The notes under the pieces: generated by a model | What the model was told of the DNA's origin: nothing | Databases searched by the model: none | What the model saw: the letters and a program-made list of their open reading frames with translations, nothing else | In this document: in pieces, positions 1-13,703 of the stretch | How positions within the stretch are numbered: position 1 is the stretch's first letter | Layout of the letters: every line of letters starts with the position of its first letter | Assembly: GCA_951406725.2 (NCBI GenBank) | Contig: OX597834.1 | Location: 22,320,001-22,384,000, forward strand | Origin: Octopus vulgaris | Taxonomy: Eukaryota | Length of the DNA stretch: 64,000 bases | Direction of reading: 5' to 3' | Made by a program: the position numbers and the translations under genes

Positions 1-663
1 GTAGCTACATGTGTGTGTGCGTATAAATATATATATATGTTTATGTGTGTGTGTCTGTGTGTGTATATGTACATTTGTGTATATACACACGTACATACAT
101 ACACACATGCATGCACATACACACACATGCACACACACATTTTGGAAATAGATGCTTCCAGATTTAGCAAAGTCTGGCTTTCGGGCTTTTTCTGTCTGGA
201 AGCTTCATTTCAGAAATTACGTTTAGTGGAGTGAAGAATTAGTTATCACATTATCAAATTTTTTATCTGGATTTTCGTATTGGTGCTTTCATCGCTCGAG
301 GCAACGCTGGATGGTTAGAATCATCCGTCAGTGGAATTTAAACTTAGAATCGGCAAGGTAGAGCAGGGTTGAGGATAGATGTAGGGTAACATAATGGAAC
401 CATCCTAATGCTCTTGCAGCTTTCTCGCAGAATGATGACAAGGAAGATAAGGTTGTTGTTGTTGTTATTACCGCTGCGGCGAGCTGGTAGAAACGTTAGC
501 ACGCCGGGCGAAATGTGTAACCGTATTTCGTCTGCCGTTACGTTCTGAGTTCAAATTCCGCCAAGATCGACTTTGCCTTTCATCCTTTCATCAAATTTTT
601 ATTTGCTTTCTTTACAATCCTTAATATCAAACAGACATGATGGATCGATTAGTTTACAATTAC

Positions 664-860
664 ATCATGCTCAGAATGGTCAGTGGCAAGAGAGGAAGAG
701 GCCGACCAAGAATCCGCTGGCTTGACACCATCAAGAGTGATACCGGAATGGACATAGCCAATCTGAAAGAAGCGGCCTGGGATAGAACTGACTGGAGGAC
801 ACTGATCCAATGATTGACCGAGAGTCGACTTCGACTGAGCAGATAGAGAGAGAGAGAGAG
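664..860 (+). mobile_element. RTE (BovB-like) LINE 3' fragment with (AG)n tail
   Basis: Translates IMLRMVSGKRGRGRPRIRWLDTIKSDTGMDIANLKEAAWDRTDWRTLIQ*LTESRLRLSR*, the typical RTE ORF C-terminus (GKRxRGRPRxRWLD...DRxxWR...SRxRL), with one premature stop. Confidence 0.85.
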
Positions 861-1465
861 ATTGCTGTGTTGTCTGGATCATCATCATCATTGCTCTAAT
901 GTCCACTTTTCCATGCTTGCATGGATCGGACAGAGTTTATTGGCAAATTTTCTACAGCCAATTGCCCTTCCTGTTGCCAACATTCACAGGTTTCCAAGGA
1001 AGGTAACATTTCCGTATGGTCAGACATGTTCTCACAGAATACTCGACATGAATAACACCGCTTGTGTGACAGTGACACTCATTTACAACCATCGTACAAT
1101 ATCTAGACAAGGTACCACAAACAACCTCTCCACACACACACACACATATATGATGGGCTTCTTTCAGTTTCCATCTACCAAATCCACTCACATGGATTTG
1201 ATTGGCCTGGAGCTGCCCAAGGTTCCACATTGTGGAACTGAATCCAAATTCCTTGCGGTGAGGAAGCAAACTTCTCAACCACACAGCCATGCCTGCACCT
1301 AAACCAAAGCTTAAATTCTCTCCTTTGATTCTGTATAATTCAAAGAGGGTAGGGGTCTCCCCTTTCATTCCCCCTTGGTCCCCCCCCCCTCACACGCACA
1401 CACAGGTTTAGGCTTTCACTAGCCTTATTATTTATGACTTAAGAAATTGCTGTCTGTACCCCCCC

Positions 1466-1515
<50 letters not shown>

Positions 1516-1747
1516 AATGTTTGTTTTATATCTCTATCAGTTAATGCAGTTTTTATGTAGCCCCCCCCCCTCCATCATCATCATTTTTATTATTACTATT
1601 ATTATTTCTGCTCCTACTATTATCATTACTACTATTTTTACTTTTATTATTATTATTATTAGGTTTTGTGCCTGTTGTAGAATTATTTTATATGTGTTAT
1701 TATTGCTAATATTATTATTATCACTACCACTGTTATTATATCATAAT

Positions 1748-1788
<41 letters not shown>

Positions 1789-1871
1789 TTGCTTCTGATA
1801 TCAATGATTTGTTGGAACGGTGCCAACCCAGCATTTAGCAGCAGCAGATATAACTCTGCCTTGAAAACAAA

Positions 1872-1910
1872 ATATATACATATATGTATATATATATATG
1901 TATATATATG

Positions 1911-1963
<53 letters not shown>

Positions 1964-2046
1964 GTATATATATATATGTATATATATATATGTATATATA
2001 TATATATGTATGTATATGTATATATATATATACACATATATATATA

Positions 2047-2124
<78 letters not shown>

Positions 2125-2170
2125 CATACATACATATATATATGTGTGAGTGTGTATATATATATATATA
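1872..2170. repeat. (TA)n/(CA)n compound microsatellite, representative of dozens
   Basis: Seen directly. Similar long tracts occur at 3046-3275, 29725-29990, 32600-33063 and 40878-41215; (TTC)n at 30063-30126; (GGT)n at 10325-10413. Confidence 0.95.
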
Positions 2171-2795
2171 GAAAAATAGAATTAAAAACAAAATCTCAGG
2201 TAAGAGGGCAGGCTAGGTGAGATTCAAGTTGATGAAATATCCGATGCGAGAAAGAAAAGCTGTCGAGGAGGAAGTTTATGCTGCAGTATTTCCTGAGGTT
2301 TACCTCAGTGCACACATAGCTGATATTTTAACAGCAGCACACCTCACAGACCCCTACCCGGACCTGCCACCCCACACCGAACCAGCCCAGGTGAACTCAG
2401 CTTAGTTTCACCACTTAGTCTTTCTCTCTCTTTTTTTTTTTTTTTTCTCTTGATCACACTCTCTTGTGTTCTTGAATTTCTTGGGGGCCCTTTTCTGGGT
2501 GCGTGTGTTGTTGCGGCGCCGTGTTCTTTTATCTTTGCTGTCAGAACGTGTTTGTTAGTTTGCGTTATTCGCTGCCCAAAGAGTTTCATACATCATCGTC
2601 ATCATCGTTGTTGTCATCATCATCATCTCATAAACATATAAATACACAAACACACACGTGCATCTGTATGTATATACACACACATCTTAGCTCAAGCTAC
2701 ATAAACACAAATGCACATTTGTGTGTGTATATATATATATGTATATATGTATATATATATATTTATATATATATATATATATATACATGTATATG

Positions 2796-2980
2796 TATCT
2801 GTAAATTAATATGTTACCATTATTCAATAGCCAAGATAAAACTCTGAGTTTCGGATCCAACACCATCTCTTCGGTTATCTGCTAACTGAAGAGATGGTGT
2901 TGTGGATTTCCACTTCGGCATCCGAAACTCTGAGTTTTATCTTGGCTATTGAATAATGGTAACATATTAATTTACAGATA
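2796..2980. repeat. Near-perfect foldback palindrome (61-bp outer arms with one mismatch, plus about 20-bp inner arms)
   Basis: 2796-2856 is the reverse complement of 2920-2980. The inner arm caacaccatctcttcggtta pairs with taactgaagagatggtgttg. Confidence 0.92.
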
Positions 2981-3047
2981 AATTTCCTCTATTTACATAA
3001 TATTGAGGTCTCTTTCTTTCTTTTGTTATCTTACCGTTTTTACCAAT

Positions 3048-3250
<203 letters not shown>

Positions 3251-3965
3251 TATATATATATATATATATATATATTTATGTGTGTATATGGAAATTTCCA
3301 TATCAAAAATACATAAATATAAGAAGCATAAGATTCATATGCAATCATACTCAGATACATTCTGTGTGTGTGTGTGTGCGTGCGCGCGTGCATGTGTGTG
3401 TATGTATAGTATATATGCATGTATGATTGTGTTCAGATGGTGTATTTTTTTTTTATATCTTTATGTATGTGTTTTGTATTATCTCTGTTGAAATTGGTTC
3501 AATCAAAATGGACTGCTCTCATATTTAGTACACAATACATGATACTCATGTAATTCTGTAGTTCTTTATAGGATAATTGACCTGAGATCAAACCAGTAGA
3601 TGTGCCAGTTCTAGATATATATACATATATGTAAAATTGTGTGTACACATACACATACTCATAAAGTATTGATTTTTTTACATTGGCACAGTACCACAGA
3701 TTTATAGAGAAAAGTGGAAAATTAAGATTGGTTGGTGTATCTTAATCATCTCAAGAGCTTTCTTTGGAGTTGTTGTTCTTGTTCTACATTAAAAAAACAA
3801 CAACAACACAAACAACAAGCAATGAACTAATGAACTTTTAGTCTTAAAATAGTCTCAAACTGAGAGTTTAAATTATAGTTGACGGTTTTGACATTTTCTT
3901 TTACATAAAAAAAAAAAAAGAAAACAAAAGGAAAACAAAATGTTTTTGTATTTGGTTTGCAAGAG

Positions 3966-4280
3966 TTTTGAAGTAAACTCATGCTGAAACATATTTTGTT
4001 GTATCTTGGGAGGGTCATTATGCCAATAATAACTCATACACACACTGGTTCTATTTCACTTCTTTATTATTTGTCAGTTGGTTAACTGTTTAACCAATTA
4101 ACTAATCAGTTGTTTAATTGTTCGGTTTTGAAGTAAACTCATGCTGAAACATATTTTGTTGTATCTTGGGAGGGTCATTATGCCAATAATAACACATACA
4201 CACACTGGTTCTATTTCACCTCTTTATTATTTGTCAGTCGGTTAACTGCTTAACCAATTAACTAATCAGTTGTTTAATTG
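3966..4280 (+). repeat. Recent 160-nt tandem duplication
   Basis: 3966-4120 is nearly identical to 4126-4280. A diverged dispersed copy lies at about 27780-27950. Confidence 0.88.
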
Positions 4281-5140
4281 CTCAGTCGGTCAATGAAGTT
4301 TGTCAAAGTCCTGTTGTGTCCATTTTCTGACCTCATCAGTGATATTTTCTTCCATTGTTTGGAAGATGGAGCAGTCAATTGAAGTATGCAACAACCTGTC
4401 TGGGCATTACAGCTGCAACAACAAATGCATTGTCGTTGTTGTTGTTGCTGCTGCTTTTATTTCAGACAATTTACGAGACACAGTAATGACACTAAATGTG
4501 TTTAATTGCTAACTATGGCATAAACTAATTTAGACCTTGAGAGAAGAGATAGGTAATCTAAACTGAACTTTGCAAAATCTGATGATTAGACATATTTAAT
4601 TAATCAATTAGTTGTGTTGATAATTTCTGTAAACACTCTCAGAAACCGTGCCAAGCCTCCTCCCACCACTCCTACCCTTTTTTTTTTCTTCCTTTTCTTT
4701 GTTATTCTTCTTCCCTTGTTTCTTTGGATGTTGAAATTACACCTCATTTTGAAGTTAATTAATGATTAATGATAAGAATTAGACTGCTTTCCAATCACAT
4801 GGTTCTGGGTTCAGTCCCACTGTGTGCCACCTTGGGCAAGTGTCTTCTACTGTAGCTTTGGGTCAAACAAAGTTTTATGAATGGATTTGGTAGACAGAAA
4901 CTGAAAGAAGCCCAATGTGACTGCGTGTGTACCGTTGGCGATTTTTTTTCCCTCTGTCTTTCCTTCTATGTTTCCGACAAAGAGCTTCACTCGAAATGTT
5001 AAACCCTCCTTCCTTTCTTCTTTCCTGAGCGTCCAATAATACTATATTTGTTCCACGTCCTCGCGTTGTGTTTTTTTGTGCTTTCTTGTTTGGATTAACT
5101 ATATATATATGTATATATATATATATATATATACATATAT

Positions 5141-5177
<37 letters not shown>

Positions 5178-5959
5178 TACATGTGTGTGTTATGTCTTTG
5201 TGTCTGTTTCTTGCCATTGCTTGGTAACTGATGGTGGTGTTTTTACTTTCCAGCAACCTACCAGTTTGGCAAAAGAGACCAATAGAATAATCACACACAT
5301 ATATGACAGGTTTCTCTTTAGTTTCCAAATTCTACCAAATTCCATTCATGAGGTAACAATCAACTCTCATTTAAGGGAACAGAGAAGTCACTTGGCCAAA
5401 GCATTGAGAATTCCGGGGTATTGAACCCAGAATCATATGGTTGTGAAGCTAACTTCTTAACCACTCGACTACGCTTTCATTACTTTTTTGCAAATATACT
5501 TACAATACCAGAATGTCTGTCTTTGACAGGGGTTTTCTTCGACGGCAAGCCGTCACTGTTTCAATAGCTGCTAATTTCATCATACGACATTAGTAGCTTG
5601 TAACATACCCCAACACATGTACAAAACTAATGTTAACTGTCTGAAAATTCAATGCTTTTTTTTTTTACATTTAAGTACTTCGAGGTAGTTTTTTTTTTTT
5701 TTTTTTTTTTTTGAAATGAGATTTTGTCATGTTAACCTTCTATGAAATGAGTCAAAAAGAAATATCTGGGTCTCTTTGCCTATATATTCCATCTGTCTCT
5801 GTCTGTGTGTCAGTGTTGTTCTTGTTGTTGATGTTGTCATGTCTATCCATCTGTGCTGTACTTTCTCTTCGTCTGTCTGTCTGTCTCTCTTGATCTCTCT
5901 CTTTCTCTCTGTCTTCATTTCATTCTTTGTTGCTTACCTTCTTTTTCACCTTCATCTCT

Positions 5960-6023
<64 letters not shown>

Positions 6024-6287
6024 GTATATATGTGTATATATGTATAATTTTCTTTGTGGCTTGCCCTCTTTCTCACTCCCATACATCACCCTCTCTCTCA
6101 TTCCATTGCTCACTTCTTTCCTTCTGTCTCTTCTCTCCCTCTCATTCCCTCTCTCTTCTCTCTCCCCCTCTCTCTCATACATATTTTACAGTATCATCAG
6201 TACTCCAGTGAAATCCTTAGAATGCCTTGGTTTCAAATAACAGGAAGACCCATCTGTTACATATCAGATGTAAGCAAAGCAAGCATG

Positions 6288-6328
<41 letters not shown>

Positions 6329-7278
6329 GCATGCACATGCATGCTCAAAGCAACGGTGAAAGTAGGAGTGCAGAGAGGGAGTGGGAGGGGTAGTGGCTTA
6401 TTTGTATCTTTTAAGATGCAAAAAAAATATTTGTTTTTACAATTTAAAGAAAAGAAATCTTTGTTAACATATGGACTTTGGTCGGCCCCAGGAGGGGCAA
6501 GAAAAATGTTAGTCTGCCAGAAACACTTTCGTTTCCTCTATGTGTCGATTTTTGGTGGGGGTTTTTTTTTTATTCATCCGTTAGGTTTCTAATCTGGCCA
6601 TGCCCATCCAGTTTTTTTTTTCTTTTGTAGTATTCAATATATTCATTATTTTTTAAAGATAGCTGAGGGAAACTTGAAGGAGGCAGGTTTGCTATTTATT
6701 TCTATTAGGTCAAACAAGTGCTTTGAGACCTCATGAGTACAACATATCTAGACTATCACATTGCACTTGGTATGATTCACCAGTGCATGTCAGAGTATGC
6801 AACATGATCCTCAGCTGCAGTATCAAGGTATATCTGGAACTCTAAAAAAATCTATTGCTTTGTACCTAGTTGGTCAGTTAACCAGCTGAATACTTGTGTG
6901 CCATAGATCTGCTTGATCATTGGAGCTAAGCTCTTGAGGCTACGTAACAACATTATCAACACAGCCATCCAATCTGCTAGGAATAGCAACTAAATCTCCC
7001 TCAAGTTACATCTTATAAAGAAATGAAAGAGATTTTGGATTATGTAATCCTTGATACAGTAAAAAAAAAAAAGAAGAATTGCACTAAGTATGGTTCCAAA
7101 GGAAGAATTATCCAAACCTCTAAGAATTCCTTTCAACACACGGCTGTGATGCTCCCCCACTATTTCTGCTCGTGGTCAGAGATGCACATATCATCAGCCT
7201 CTAAGGGACATGCTCAACTGGTTACGGTCAAACAACTGACAAGCAAATCTGGTATTGAGCAGAATATTTGCTGTAGCC

Positions 7279-7324
<46 letters not shown>

Positions 7325-7554
7325 GTTGTTGTTGTCCTTGTAAAGGTGGTGAGCTGGCCGAATTGTTAGTGCATCAGGCGAAATGCTTAGAGATATTTTT
7401 TCCAGTTCTATGTTCAAATTCCTCTGAAGTTGACTTTCCTTTTCATCTTTCCATGTTAATAAAATAACGTACCAGTAAAATTCTGTGGATCATTTGCGCT
7501 CAACATACTTCCTCCCCCCTAAAATTAATGGCCTTGTACCAAAATTCAAAACAA

Positions 7555-7597
<43 letters not shown>

Positions 7598-7982
7598 ATT
7601 TCATTTTAAATTGAGGAAATATATTTATATCTCGCTGAGGTTTGTTGTATGCTTTTAAGACAGTAAACTTTCGTCTTCGTTCTTACATTTTACATCCAGA
7701 TCAGCAGTTTATAATTGCAAACAGCTTGCAATTTTTTTTTATTTTTAATCTCTCTTCTTTATTGCTGAACACCAGAAGAAAAACAAAAACAAAAGTAATA
7801 AACTAAAAAACAAAAACAAAAAAAAAAACTGCCCCACCACCTCCACAAATCTCAAAATAACTTGGTACACTTATCAAGCTTCTTTCTATTTCCTTGCCTC
7901 TGTCCTTCTCATTCTTCCTTGAAAATCTACCCAAACCCCTTCTCTGTATACTTATTGAGTTTGTCTCCTATTTATTATTATT

Positions 7983-8020
<38 letters not shown>

Positions 8021-8134
8021 TATTATTAATCTACTTCCTTCATGACCCCATGACATCACTCTGTTTTAACATGTTTTCATCATACCACTACTCCTCCTCC
8101 TCCTCCGTCTTGCCTCTGCCCTCCTCACTCAGTC

Positions 8135-8180
<46 letters not shown>

Positions 8181-9079
8181 TCCAGATTTTACACTTTACT
8201 TCATCAACACCACCTCCTCCCTCTCCCCCCTGCAGAGTTTTGCACTTATTTACTTTCCTCCTCCTCCTCATCCCCCTCTCCTCTTCTCATCTCAACCCAC
8301 ACCACTTCACTTAGAATTTTTTATTATTATCTTCAACTCCAGAAAATATATATATATATGTGTGTGTGTGTATGTATGTAAGTAAATGTTATCACACATG
8401 CATGTTTGTGTGTGTATCTTAGAGTGTGCTTTTCCAGATTTATGTTTTTCTACAAATGATATTGAGAGAAAGATTACATACGTGTATGTATGAATGTATG
8501 TGCACACCTCCAAGGACCTGAGATTTCTATTTTCAGTTTCAATTCTCTCAACTTAATCTTAGATTCTTTCCAATAAAATAACTTCAACTGACTCTCAAAG
8601 ATGCTAAATTCTTATCTCTGATAGAAGACTGCTTATTAATTTCACTCCTGCAAGGAGAGAGAGAGAGAGAGAATAAGAGAGAGAAATGGAAATGGGGAGA
8701 GACAGAGAGGAAAGAGGGAAATAGTCCAATATATTTTTAACAGTTCTAAATGTTTTTTCCTTATATTTTTGTTTATTTGTTTGATTTTTTCTTTCCCTCT
8801 TTTTTGGGTTGGGGTAGGGGTGATGCAACTTTTTTTTTTCCTATTTTTCCGCTAGCTAAAATGAAATGCATATACCCCTTCCTCCCCTTTATAGACATAC
8901 ATACATACATAGAATCCTTTAAGGGATGTTTGCATCCTAGTTCTTCGGTTTATACCACGTTAGTTTTGCATTGATGGATTTGGGTATTCAAAATATTTAT
9001 GAATGAGGACAAGAAGAAAATAGAGAAACTGACATATAGACATTAGTTTATTCAAAGATATTTAAATCAATATAATATG

Positions 9080-9170
9080 AAATTCTTATCCCTACAGCTG
9101 TTTCCATATCCAATTAATTCAATTAAAGAAATTAAACTGGTTAATTGGGTATGTCATCAGGGAAGAATTT
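9080..9170 (-). ncRNA. Type I hammerhead ribozyme (Penelope-like-element style)
   Basis: Minus strand: AAATTCTTCC CTGATGA CATACCCAATTAA...TTAATTGGATATG GAAAC AGCT GTA GGGATAAGAATTT. The CUGAUGA and GAAA core is intact, stem II is 12/13 bp, stem III is the palindrome ACAGCUGU, the triplet is GUA, and stem I is CC/GG plus AAAUUCUU/AAGAAUUU. Confidence 0.7.
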
Positions 9171-9868
9171 CCCAGAAAGGAGTTACATTCCAATGTGTTG
9201 GTCGAGCCCTTGACAGACTCAGATGCCAAGGGCTTGAGTCTGAGTTTGTCAAGGGCTCAGCCAGCATGTTGGAACATAATTCCTTTCTGGGAAATTCTTC
9301 CCTGATGAAATATTCAACCAGTTTTAATATGAAAATTATAAATTAATTTAATTTAATTTCTCTAATTGGATATGGAAACGGCTGTGGAAAAGGTAAACAA
9401 GGACTACATATGTTTCATAGTGAAACAACATTTGTTGCATAAGTTGTAACACACAAAACCCTTTTGGCTAATCCTGAGCTTCTTTTACCTTGGAGTTGTT
9501 TACATCATCATATGTATGGTGACTGTCAAGTTATTGAAATTTCCATTAATCTCAATATGGGATAAAGTGTATAAATATATTGATTTTTATTGAACTCTTG
9601 TATATTGTCTACCTTTTGTCATCTGCACATCTCTCTGTACATCCTTGAAGCTTACTTACTTCCTACACTAGGATCTTTTATACTCCCCAATTGCCTTTCA
9701 TCCTTTTGGGGTTGATAAATTAAGTACCAGTTACGCACTGGGGTCGATGTAATCGACTTGATCCGTTTGTCCTTGTTTGTTCCCTCTGTGTTTAGCCCCT
9801 TGTGGGTAGTAAAGAAATATATATATATGAATATATGTTGTGTGTGTGTATATATGTGTTTGTATGTG

Positions 9869-9944
<76 letters not shown>

Positions 9945-12547
9945 TGTGTATATTGTATATGTATGTATACATATATACACACACAAACACACTTGGCTTT
10001 ACAAATTAGAGATAAGGAATTCAATACATGTGATTATTCATTTGAAGTCAGTTCTTTTGTGTGTAGACAGACAGACAGATATGGATGGATGTAACTTCTT
10101 TTTATATCTGTTTAAGGTCCTCTCCTACAATGAGTGGGTGTCCTGAAGTGGAGGAGGAAGGGGTGCTGGGGGGTAAGCCTCTCTGCCTCCACCCACCTAC
10201 TCACTCCCCCTTTCACTCTGCCTATTAGCAGCTGACCTTCTGTTAATTGTCATTTTCACTATAAAGGTCACACAGCATCTTAACATGACTCATTATTTCA
10301 CTTCTAGTATTGTTACTGATGATGTTGTTGTTGTTGGTGGTGGTGGTGGTGATGGTGGTGTTAGTGCTGTTGGTGGTGGTGATGGTGGTGCTAGTGCTGG
10401 TGGTGGTGGTGGTGAGGGCAATTCATTCAGGGCCCTACTTTCTGCCATCTGATACTGTGTTTATAAAGATGAATAACTAAAACCAGTTATTTATAAAATG
10501 TTAATAACTATCAAAAGATGTATTTGTGTGTGTGTGTGTGTGTGTGTGTTCATACATGTGATGGTATTATGCGTATGTATGTATATAAGTGTATACATCT
10601 GTTTGTATACACTTTGGTTCTGGGTTCAGTCCCACTGCATGGCACCTCAGGCAAGTGTCTTCTACTATAACCTTGTGCTGACCAAAGCTTTGTGGGTGGA
10701 TTTGGTAGACGGAAACTGAAAGAAGCCCGTCGTATATGTGTGTGTGTTTGTCACCCTACCATCGCTTGATAACCAATGTTGGTGTGTTTACATCCCCGTA
10801 ACTTAGCAGTTTGGTTAAAAAGACCGATAGAATAAGAATAAGTACTAGGCTTACAAAGAGTAAGTCCTAGGGTCAATTTGTCCAACTAAAGGTGGTGCTC
10901 CAGCATGGCCACGGTCAGATTACCGTCGTATGTGTGTGTGTTTATCACCCTACCATTGCTTGATAACCGATGTTGGTGTGTTTACATCCCCGTAACTTAG
11001 CAGTTTGGTTAAAATAACCGATAGAATAAGAATAAGTACTAGGCTTACAAAGAATAAGTCCTAGGGTCAATTTGTCCAACTAAAGGTGGTGCTCCAGCAT
11101 GGCCAAGGTCAGATTACTGAAACAAGTAAAAGAATAAAAAAAAAACCTCACACTTGGCACTACTCACCCTCACTGGGTTTATTAACAGCAGCAGTTGGTG
11201 GTGGTGGTGGTGGTGGTGGTGGTGGTGGTGGTATGAAGTGTGGTTATGATGTCCAGCAGTTTGGTCAGCTGCAGAATTTTAGCCAGATGGGTTTTTAATC
11301 ACAGTTGGGTTGTTACAGCTCAGTGACCTGACCACCTGACCTTTTTCTGGAGTTGAAGGGTGGATGGTTACTGGCAGCAGTAGAATTTAGGAGGAGTGGG
11401 GTGGGGATGGGTTAAGTAGATGGTCATGGTGGTAGGATAGTGTGTGGGGGGGAGGGGGGAAGGGGTCATTATCATAAAATGTTTCATTGATTAACCCTGC
11501 TCTCACACACATTCACAGCCCACACACACAGCATATACACAGAAAAACACTCTATCTCTCTCTCTCACACACAAGCACAAATACATACATATATATTCAC
11601 AACATGCACACACACACACACACATACATACAGGCACACAAATGCAAACACATATATATTTACAACCCACAGATACACACACATACACACACACACACAC
11701 ACATTGACAGCTTCCAAAGTTGACAGCTTTCAATTCCCTACTTTTTTCTTTTTGTTTTGTTGTTTTCCCCTGAATAAAAGGGAGCTTCTGTCTGTTTCTG
11801 TCCCTTCTGCAGCCCCTTTTTTCAATTTCAAAGGGGGTCTGTAGAGTGCAGTAGAGGCTTCAGTTATTTACTACCTTATTCTGTGTTCAAATTCTGTTTT
11901 AAGGGAACCTTTCTGTGTGGTCTGCTAGAAACAGCAGTCAAATCTCCTTTATCTCACATACTATTCTCTTACAAATTAAAAAAAAAAAAAAAGCAAGAAC
12001 ACATTGAGTAGTGTAGTCCTAGATATGTGTGTCTGGGAAGAAGTCATGATAGTCTTATTTTGGAATGTCTTTGACTATAGAAAGATCTACTCTAACTTTT
12101 TCCATTTTGGGAACTCTTGAAATGTATCTTATGCCTCAGGAAATCCTCTACATAGATATTATGGCTGTATGGTTAAGAAGCTTCCCAACAACATGGTCTT
12201 GAGTTCAGTTCCACTGCATGGCACCTTAGTTGAGTATCTTCTATTATAGCTCTAGTTGCCCAAAGTCTTGTGAGAAGATTTGGGAGACAGAAACTGGAAG
12301 GAACCAACTTCTATTTTTAATTAATCTAAATTTTATTTTCATTATCATTTCAGACCTGTCCGTTATTAATTGAAATTATTATCGTTAACGAATTAAATGT
12401 TTTTGTTGTTGTTTTATTTTTTTCTGTTTTGTTTATGTTTATCTTAAATTAAAAGTAAGTTCATGTGTAGAGCTGTACTAGTAATAGTAGTAGTAGTAGT
12501 AGTAATAATAATAATAATAATAAATATTCTTTCTTTAATATTTACAG

Positions 12548-12631
12548 GCCCATGTGGTGGCTGCTTTCGAGCAAAGTTTGTCAAATATGACAAATAGACT
12601 TCAGCAATTAACTGCTAGTGCAGAGCAGAAG
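12548..12631 (+). CDS. NAV2: Neuron navigator (NAV/unc-53/sickie-like) internal coding exon A, first coiled coil
   Basis: tttacag|GCC...AAG|gtcagt; 84 nt, phase 0-0. Translates AHVVAAFEQSLSNMTNRLQQLTASAEQK, matching the conserved NAV motif AxxVAAFEQSLxNMTxRL. The symbol means NAV2-like; invertebrates have a single NAV. Confidence 0.95.
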
Positions 12632-13199
12632 GTCAGTTGATAATTAAACCCACCCTCCCCACCTGTCTCACCTTATCCCCTTCAATTAAACTAATTATTA
12701 TAATTGTTTTCCCTTTATTTTTGTTTGTTTGCTTGTTTGTGTTTGTTGTTTTCTTTTTTTATTTTAGACGACAGATTTTTCTGGGTTTTATTTTTTGGTC
12801 TTTGTTTTATCTTGTTTCGTTGCATTTGCCCCTAGTAGGTTGTTTATTCTTTTCGTTAACTAATTAATTGATTGATTTTTAATTTAATTTTCAATTTATG
12901 AATTTTAATTTATTTTTTTTTACATTATAACTAATCTGTTTCTTTCTGCTAAAAGAGAGGTTACTAAACATCAACCACATCAAATCTCATCAGTTCTCTC
13001 CCACTGACTGACTAAACATAAAAATGAAGATATAAATTCGTACTAACTTTCTATCTTTAAGATAGAGACCAACCTGTGAACTTTAACCCTTTTGTGTTGC
13101 TATTTCTACAATTTTAAAAATAACGAAAGTTTCTAAGATTTATAGGTGAGTTAAATATAAGCATCAAAGTCAAAATTCTGAGGCTGTCTCCCTCTAGAT

Positions 13200-13402
13200 C
13201 AGTGGTTCTCAACTGTTTTTTGTTGATGGACCCCCTTTGATTCTTGATTTGCTCAGTTGGACCCTCATAGCCATTCTGTTTTAAAAATTGTTAAAATTAT
13301 TTTGTGCTTTGTAGCAATAGAACAAGTTTATTGTGCATAAATTTTCGCAATAAAATCTCATGCAGACCCCAAGGGTCATATGAACCTTGTTGAGGACCAC
13401 TG
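13200..13402. mobile_element. hAT (Charlie-like) MITE
   Basis: TIRs CAGTGGTTCTCAAC / GTTGAGGACCACTG, with imperfect 8-bp flanks ctctagat / ctacagat. Related remnants occur near 34060-34142 and 49725-49880. Confidence 0.75.
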
Positions 13403-13703
13403 CTACAGATTCTTAAAGAGGATGAAGCGTATTTCTGTCCCCAGATATGGTGAGGGTTGCTTTGCACTTGGATAGATGCAAGAATAAGGGCAAAAGTATA
13501 TCTCAGGAACTTTGATAGCTTTTATCATCTAATAATAAGATTCTTGTATGATATTTGAGTTTAGATTTAAGAACATAACAATGTTCCTGAATCTAAACTA
13601 AATCTAAATTGAAAATAATGAAAAATTCAGTAACTTAATTTTCTCATTAAGCTGGTGTTTGGAACAAAATTTAACATGGAATTTTAATGGAATTTAGATC
13701 ATT

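Noticed and set aside
10729-11140. Direct repeat of about 195 nt resembling LTRs
   Set aside because: It is a tandem duplication of the 3' half of a SINE-B, with no internal domain or TG...CA ends.
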